DNA of 64,000 bases from Candidatus Poribacteria bacterium (GTDB lineage Bacteria; Poribacteria; WGA-4E; WGA-3G), in contig OZ243938.1 in the NCBI GenBank assembly GCA_965214095.1, positions 5,142,210-5,206,209 of the forward strand, written 5' to 3'. A program made the translations under genes and the position numbers. Numbering within the stretch: position 1 is the first letter of the stretch; each line of letters begins with the position of its first letter. The notes beneath the pieces were generated by a model. It was not told the DNA's origin. It was given only the letters and a program-made list of their open reading frames with translations, and did not search any database. Shown here piece after piece: positions 58,380 to 64,000 of this stretch.

Positions 58380-59783
58380 ATGGATAACAAACCAAATGTA
58401 ATTTTTGTTCTAACCGATGACCAAGGACCTTGGGCAATGGGTTGTAGCGGTAACGACGAAATCCGCACCCCCTATATTGATCAACTTGCAGCAGAAGGTA
58501 CACGATTTCCCAACTTCTTTTGCACGAGTCCTGTCTGCTCTCCTGCACGCGCAAGCCTGATGACCGGACGTATCCCATCAGCACACGGTGTACACGACTG
58601 GATCCGTGATGGAAATATGCCACCTGACCCCGCTCGTTATCTTGAAGGATTGACATGCTATAGCGATGTGCTTGCTGAGAATGATTATACCGTAGGATTG
58701 AGCGGAAAGTGGCATCTTGGAGATAGCCTAACACCTCAGCACGGTTTCAGTCACTGGTTCGCTTTACCTACCGGTGGTAGTCAATACAATGACGCGAATA
58801 TGATCCGAGATGGGAAGGTAGAACAACAACCCGGTTACCTCACCAATGTCATCACAGATGATGCATTGGAATTCATTTCAGCTAATAGCGAGGGACCTTT
58901 CTACCTCAGTGTCAACTATAACGCACCACATACCCCGTTTAATGGACACCCACAAGACATCGTAGATTCTTACGACGATTGTCCGTTCAAGACCTGTCCA
59001 CAAGAACCACTACATCCGTGGGCAGTGCAGGGTGCTGCAGCACACATGGGAAATCGCGAGTCGTTGAAAGGCTATTACGCTGCGATAACAGCACTCGATC
59101 TAAACGTCGGTCGCATTTTAGATAAACTTTCAGAGTTAGGTATCCGTGAAAACACACTTGTCGTTTTCAGTAGTGATAACGGCTACTCCTGCGGACACAA
59201 CGGATTTTGGCACAAAGGCAACGGCACATTCCCGCTGAATATGTATGAAAATTCGGTCAAAGTTCCCTTTGTCATCAGTCAACCCGGACGTATACCTGAA
59301 GGACGTGTGAGTGAAGCAATGGTAAGTCAATATGACTTCATGCCTACACTTCTTGACTATCTCGGTTTGCCTGATCCGAATGACGATATGTCACCCGGCA
59401 AGAGTTTCGTCCCCGCCTTAACAGGAGAAACAAACGATGGCCAAGATGAGATCGTCGTTTTTGACGAATATGGACCTGTGCGCATGATACGTACGCAAGA
59501 GTGGAAATATGTCCACAGATACCCCTACGGACCTCATGAACTTTACAACTTAGATAAGGATCCAAAGGAACGTAAAAATCTGATTGATGAGAACGAACAT
59601 AATGCACTTATCGGTGATATGAGACAACAGATGGGTGCGTGGTTTGAGCGATATGTTGACCCAGAATTGGATGGAGCAAGGTGTTCAGTCACAGGCGGTG
59701 GACAAGCAGCGAAACTTGGAGACGGTAATTACGGTGAGAATTCCTTCCATCCAAGATATGCACCACCCCGAAGGAATGTTTAG
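58380..59783 (+). CDS. Formylglycine-dependent sulfatase (no signal peptide)
   Basis: Motifs PNVIFVLTDDQG, CSPARAS, GKWHLG and SSDNG. Confidence 0.95.
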   Translation: MDNKPNVIFVLTDDQGPWAMGCSGNDEIRTPYIDQLAAEGTRFPNFFCTSPVCSPARASLMTGRIPSAHGVHDWIRDGNMPPDPARYLEGLTCYSDVLAENDYTVGLSGKWHLGDSLTPQHGFSHWFALPTGGSQYNDANMIRDGKVEQQPGYLTNVITDDALEFISANSEGPFYLSVNYNAPHTPFNGHPQDIVDSYDDCPFKTCPQEPLHPWAVQGAAAHMGNRESLKGYYAAITALDLNVGRILDKLSELGIRENTLVVFSSDNGYSCGHNGFWHKGNGTFPLNMYENSVKVPFVISQPGRIPEGRVSEAMVSQYDFMPTLLDYLGLPDPNDDMSPGKSFVPALTGETNDGQDEIVVFDEYGPVRMIRTQEWKYVHRYPYGPHELYNLDKDPKERKNLIDENEHNALIGDMRQQMGAWFERYVDPELDGARCSVTGGGQAAKLGDGNYGENSFHPRYAPPRRNV

Positions 59784-59829
59784 GTCTTCTAACCTTGCAA
59801 TAGGCATCAATTTAACTGATTTAAAGGGA

Positions 59830-59961
59830 GTAGTGTTCTGTCTACACTAATCTTGTAGGTCGGGTAGAGGCACGAAACCCGACATGCTGCCATTTATCAT
59901 CAATAAAGTCGGGTGTCGTGCCTCTACCCGACCTACAATGTCCGAATGGACACTCCAGTAG
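59830..59961. repeat. MITE-like family C with REP pair
   Basis: Colinear with 30468-30598. Confidence 0.8.
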
Positions 59962-60016
59962 GCATAGTTCCTAATTGATCCAATATCTATTTTGTAAAAA
60001 CGGACAAAAGATTGAC

Positions 60017-61564
60017 ATGTCAAATCAAGACAAAACCATAAGCACAAATATTTCACGCAGAAGTTTCTTGAAGAACGTAGGTACAGGTGCTGTAGCTGCT
60101 GCGGTCACACCAACTGTATTACTTGGAGCAGAACAAACAGGAGGAAATCAAATGGAAAACCAGCCAAACGTAATCTTTATTCTAACCGATGACCAAGGAC
60201 CTTGGGCAGCAGGTTGTGCAGGAAACGATGAGGTGCGAACTCCTTTTATTGATCAACTCGCATCTGAAGGCACACGATTTCCCAACTTTTTCTGTACAAC
60301 TCCTGTTTGTTCCCCAGCCCGCGCAAGTCTGATGACTGGACGTATTCCATCTTCACACGGTGTGCACGATTTTTGTCCTGTTGGAAACTTGCCTCCTAAT
60401 CCCATACGTTATCTTGAAGGACTGACATGTTATACAGACGTGATGGCAGAAAATGGTTACACTGTCGGACTAAGTGGCAAATGGCATCTTGGCGACAGCA
60501 TGTCCCCTCAACACGGCTTTAGTCACTGGTTCGCTTTGCCGAGAGGCGGTAGCAAATATAACAACGCAGACATGATCCGAGATGGAAAAGTTGAAAGGCA
60601 TCCCGGTTACCTCACTGACGTAATTACAGATGATGCGCTAAACTTTATTTCTGAAAATAAAGAGGGGCCCTTCTATCTGAGTGTTAACTACAACGCACCC
60701 CACACCCCGTTTAATGGACATCCACAAGACATCGTAGACTCTTATGATGATTGTCCGTTTAAAACGTGTCCACAAGAGGCTTTACATCCGTGGGCAGGTC
60801 GTGGCACAAACCAACACATGGGTAATCGCAATTCGTTGAAAGGTTATTTCGCAGCAATCACAGCACTTGACCTAAACGTCGGAAGGATTTTAGAGCGACT
60901 CACTGAGCTTGACATCCGTGAGAATACACTTGTCGTATTTAGTAGTGATAACGGTTATTCCTGTGGACATCACGGATTTTGGCATAAAGGCAACGGTACG
61001 TTTCCGCTGAATATGTATGAAAATTCGGTCAAAGTGCCTTTCATCATGAGCCAACCCGGTAAGATACCAGAGGGACGCGAAAGCGAGGCGATGGTGAGTC
61101 AATACGATTTCATGCCGACACTTCTGGATTATCTCGGTTTACCAGACCCGAATGACGATATGTCACCCGGCAGAAGTTTTGTCCCCGCATTATCCAGAAA
61201 AACCAACGATGCCCAAGATCGTGTGGTTGTGTTTGATGAATACGGACCTGTGCGTATGATACGCACGCAAGAGTGGAAATATGTCCACCGCTATCCTTAC
61301 GGTCCACATGAGTTGTATGACTTAGTCAATGACCCCAGAGAACGAAAAAATTTGATAGATGACAAGTCTAAGAACGCACTAATTACTGATATGCGCAGAC
61401 AGATGGGGGCATGGTTTGAACAGTATGTCATCCCACGATTAGACGGCACAAAATGTTCCGTAACAGGAAGAGGACAAGCCGCGAAGATTGGTGATGGAGT
61501 ATATGCTGAAAATGCTTTCCGTCAAAGGGACACTGAGACCCGACAGAATAGACGAAACAGATAG
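60017..61564 (+). CDS. Formylglycine-dependent sulfatase with Tat signal peptide (alternative start at 60152)
   Basis: SRRSFLK plus a hydrophobic stretch, then CSPARAS. Close paralog of 58380..59783. Confidence 0.92.
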   Translation: MSNQDKTISTNISRRSFLKNVGTGAVAAAVTPTVLLGAEQTGGNQMENQPNVIFILTDDQGPWAAGCAGNDEVRTPFIDQLASEGTRFPNFFCTTPVCSPARASLMTGRIPSSHGVHDFCPVGNLPPNPIRYLEGLTCYTDVMAENGYTVGLSGKWHLGDSMSPQHGFSHWFALPRGGSKYNNADMIRDGKVERHPGYLTDVITDDALNFISENKEGPFYLSVNYNAPHTPFNGHPQDIVDSYDDCPFKTCPQEALHPWAGRGTNQHMGNRNSLKGYFAAITALDLNVGRILERLTELDIRENTLVVFSSDNGYSCGHHGFWHKGNGTFPLNMYENSVKVPFIMSQPGKIPEGRESEAMVSQYDFMPTLLDYLGLPDPNDDMSPGRSFVPALSRKTNDAQDRVVVFDEYGPVRMIRTQEWKYVHRYPYGPHELYDLVNDPRERKNLIDDKSKNALITDMRRQMGAWFEQYVIPRLDGTKCSVTGRGQAAKIGDGVYAENAFRQRDTETRQNRRNR

Positions 61565-61611
61565 ATTACTCGTATAAATGGTTTATAGTTTTAGTGATAG
61601 AAAGGAGTGAT

Positions 61612-62457
61612 ATGGCAAGTGCGTTTGCACCCGGAAACATTTCGAGTGTCTTTAAAATAATACCACACACAGACCCAGCGCGTATGCATTCTCTCGGTAT
61701 GGGTTTCACGATTCAAGAGGGAGTAGAAGCAACCGTTTCTGAACATCAACATACACAGGTATTCTTCAACGGACAAGACATCAATTTTCCAACTGTTCTG
61801 TCTGTGGTTGAACGGCTAATCCAAAACACAAACATATCTGGTATAAAGGTAAATCTCATCTCTCCGCTACCTCTTGGATGTGGCTTCGGTTTGAGTGGTG
61901 CTGCTTCGCTTGCTACAACGTACGCTCTCAACGAACTTTTAAGAACAGATAAAGATAATGAAACATTAGCAATGATCGCGCATGTGGCTGAAGTTGAAAA
62001 TCGGACAGGATTAGGTGATGTCTGCTCACAATACCATGGTGGATGCCTCGTTAAGTTAAAGGAGGGCGCGCCGTTAGTTGCCGACACATTGCCTATACCT
62101 GAACAACCTATTTTTTATAGATACTTCGGACCAATTCAGACGAGTGAAGTACTCAGAAACAAGGAACAGGCAAAACGTATCAATCGTGCTGCGGATAATG
62201 CGTTAGCCGTTTTGCAAAGTCTTACCAGTACAAAACCGAATCCAGAATTGTTTACATCATGTTTTGCTGTTGCGAAACAATTTTCAGTAGAAAGTGGCTT
62301 ACTCACTGATTCTCGCGTGATAGATACGATACAAGAAATTGAGAAAACAGGTGGTGTCGCCTCAATGATTATGCTGGGAAATGGTGTCTTCAGCACACAC
62401 GCATTTGATGGTGCAACGGAAACCCTGCTCTCAAAAAATCCCGCACGACTCATCTAA
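61612..62457 (+). CDS. Pantoate kinase-like GHMP kinase (archaeal type)
   Basis: Motifs AFAPGNIS..F, SLG.G, PLGCGFGLSGA and AH.AEV...TGLGDV..Q..GG. Confidence 0.8.
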   Translation: MASAFAPGNISSVFKIIPHTDPARMHSLGMGFTIQEGVEATVSEHQHTQVFFNGQDINFPTVLSVVERLIQNTNISGIKVNLISPLPLGCGFGLSGAASLATTYALNELLRTDKDNETLAMIAHVAEVENRTGLGDVCSQYHGGCLVKLKEGAPLVADTLPIPEQPIFYRYFGPIQTSEVLRNKEQAKRINRAADNALAVLQSLTSTKPNPELFTSCFAVAKQFSVESGLLTDSRVIDTIQEIEKTGGVASMIMLGNGVFSTHAFDGATETLLSKNPARLI

Positions 62458-62516
62458 AACACCAATTTTTCGTCTAATACTCATCTAATGCTTAACACAC
62501 TGTTTCTGGTGTTGCC

Positions 62517-64000
62517 ATGAGAACAATCACCACATTCATCTATGTCCTTGTAATTGCATCTTCAGCCTTCTGTACAGTGGAATTTGAGGATGTGACCTTT
62601 GGATTTAACAATGGATACAAATCAGGAAAATGGACACCGTTGACTGTAAACCTGCGGAGCCAGAATGAACTCGCTGTGTTCAACGGAGAACTCACGGTTG
62701 AAACCCGTAATATATACACGGATGAACCTATTTTTCGTTATGCCACACCACTACAGTTGAGTAAAACTGATCGGAAACAGAAAACATTATATATCTACTG
62801 CCCAAAAACTAAATTTAAACTTCATATTGAATTAGAGCACATAGACGAATCCGCTAAGCAAATTGCGACATCTATTTCAGTACCACATGTGACGCACGAA
62901 ATTACACCACCGTCATCAATCGAAAGCAAAGACTATCTTGCGTTAGTATTAGCCCCAAGTGGAGATAAGTTACAAAGGATAATTGATAGTAAACAATTAG
63001 ATGACGAAGACACACAGGCGTATGTTGATTATCTACAAAATTCCCGCGCGATGCCAACAAGGTGGATTGGTTATGATGCTGTTGATCTGGTTATTATTCG
63101 TGAGGTATCACTTACAGAAAAACGCGTATTAAAATCACAGCAGTCAGCACTTTTAGATTGGGTGCAACGTGGTGGGACACTTATTTTATCAGGCGGCAGT
63201 AACTTTCAATTCCTAAAAGATAGTTTCGTTGAACACCTTCTTCCTATCAGGTTAATACGTGAAGAAACAATCCATAGCATTCCAATGGTTTTACGAAAAC
63301 AACTGGGATTAAATTCTGAAGATAAATCATCTAAAGACGATGCAGTATCCACCTTCAAGAACATTCATTTTGAACTGAAACAAGGATGTCAAACACTACT
63401 TGGTACCGATGAACAGATATACATTGCGAAACGAGACTTTGGCAGTGGTCAGATTATATGCTTCTCTTTTGATTACAATGCACCGCCCTTATCTGAGTTG
63501 AAAGTAGGTGAAACTTTTTGGCGTTGGCTACTTAACACACACGGAAAATCACAGAAACTACAGGCTGAACGGTACGCGCCATTTCGACAACATGAAGAAA
63601 AGTTGCATAAACAATTTCTTGCAAAAATGCCGACACAGATTCCTATTATAAAACTACTATCCATAGTACTGCCGATATATCTGTTGAGTTTTGGTGGTTT
63701 TCTCTTTTATATCGGAAAGCGCGGCAAATCTGCACAAAAAAGAAATCGTCGTTATTGGATTGGCGGGTTTATTTTCGTCTTGGTATCCGTTAGTGCTATC
63801 GTTGTAGCACAGACAGTAATACCTAAAAAAATAACCGCTGAAAGGTTTTCAATATTATCTATTTATTCTGAACGGAAAAATGCTCACTTGGAAAGTTATG
63901 TATCCGTAAGAACTGCTGCACGCACAAATACTTCAATGCCACTATCACTAAACTCCTTTATTCGTCCTTTGAGAATGAAAAGTATTGCCAAACCGCCACA
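62517..64000 (+). CDS. Exported/membrane protein with glutamine amidotransferase-like domain (runs off the window end)
   Basis: Read by hand: MRTITTFIYVLVIASSAFC signal, GFNNGYKSGKWTP, GYDAVDLVII and ALLDWVQRGGTLILSGG, then TM helices. Not in the ORF track, presumably because no stop lies in the window. Confidence 0.72.
   Translation, partial: MRTITTFIYVLVIASSAFCTVEFEDVTFGFNNGYKSGKWTPLTVNLRSQNELAVFNGELTVETRNIYTDEPIFRYATPLQLSKTDRKQKTLYIYCPKTKFKLHIELEHIDESAKQIATSISVPHVTHEITPPSSIESKDYLALVLAPSGDKLQRIIDSKQLDDEDTQAYVDYLQNSRAMPTRWIGYDAVDLVIIREVSLTEKRVLKSQQSALLDWVQRGGTLILSGGSNFQFLKDSFVEHLLPIRLIREETIHSIPMVLRKQLGLNSEDKSSKDDAVSTFKNIHFELKQGCQTLLGTDEQIYIAKRDFGSGQIICFSFDYNAPPLSELKVGETFWRWLLNTHGKSQKLQAERYAPFRQHEEKLHKQFLAKMPTQIPIIKLLSIVLPIYLLSFGGFLFYIGKRGKSAQKRNRRYWIGGFIFVLVSVSAIVVAQTVIPKKITAERFSILSIYSERKNAHLESYVSVRTAARTNTSMPLSLNSFIRPLRMKSIAKPP

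Overview
Bacterial chromosomal window with no rRNA, tRNA or CRISPR array that I could find. The gene content suggests Candidatus Poribacteria (inference, not a database result): ECF-sigma/WD40 fusions, TPR proteins, PhyH dioxygenases, sulfatases and an archaeal-type pantoate kinase. Housekeeping and metabolic genes include two tandem dnaN paralogs, nadC, smpB with tmRNA, an AlgI/AlgJ-like O-acetylation cluster, a flotillin operon and aapJQMP. The window has many tandem paralog pairs and a dense set of GTAG-type REP hairpins wrapped in several MITE-like shells. Most notable: (1) a ~171-bp TIR element flanked by exact 20-bp direct repeats, inserted at the 3' side of hairpins; (2) a ~9.5-kb layered defence island splitting aapJQMP. 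The island is a type I RM locus in which an ATPase+PIN pair lies between two allelic copies of the hsdM 3' end, only half of hsdS remains, and an Rpn nuclease has an internal in-frame start. (3) Membrane-anchored ECF-sigma/WD40 regulators share a candidate ECF promoter. (4) A Tat-signal sulfatase keeps a strong internal start.
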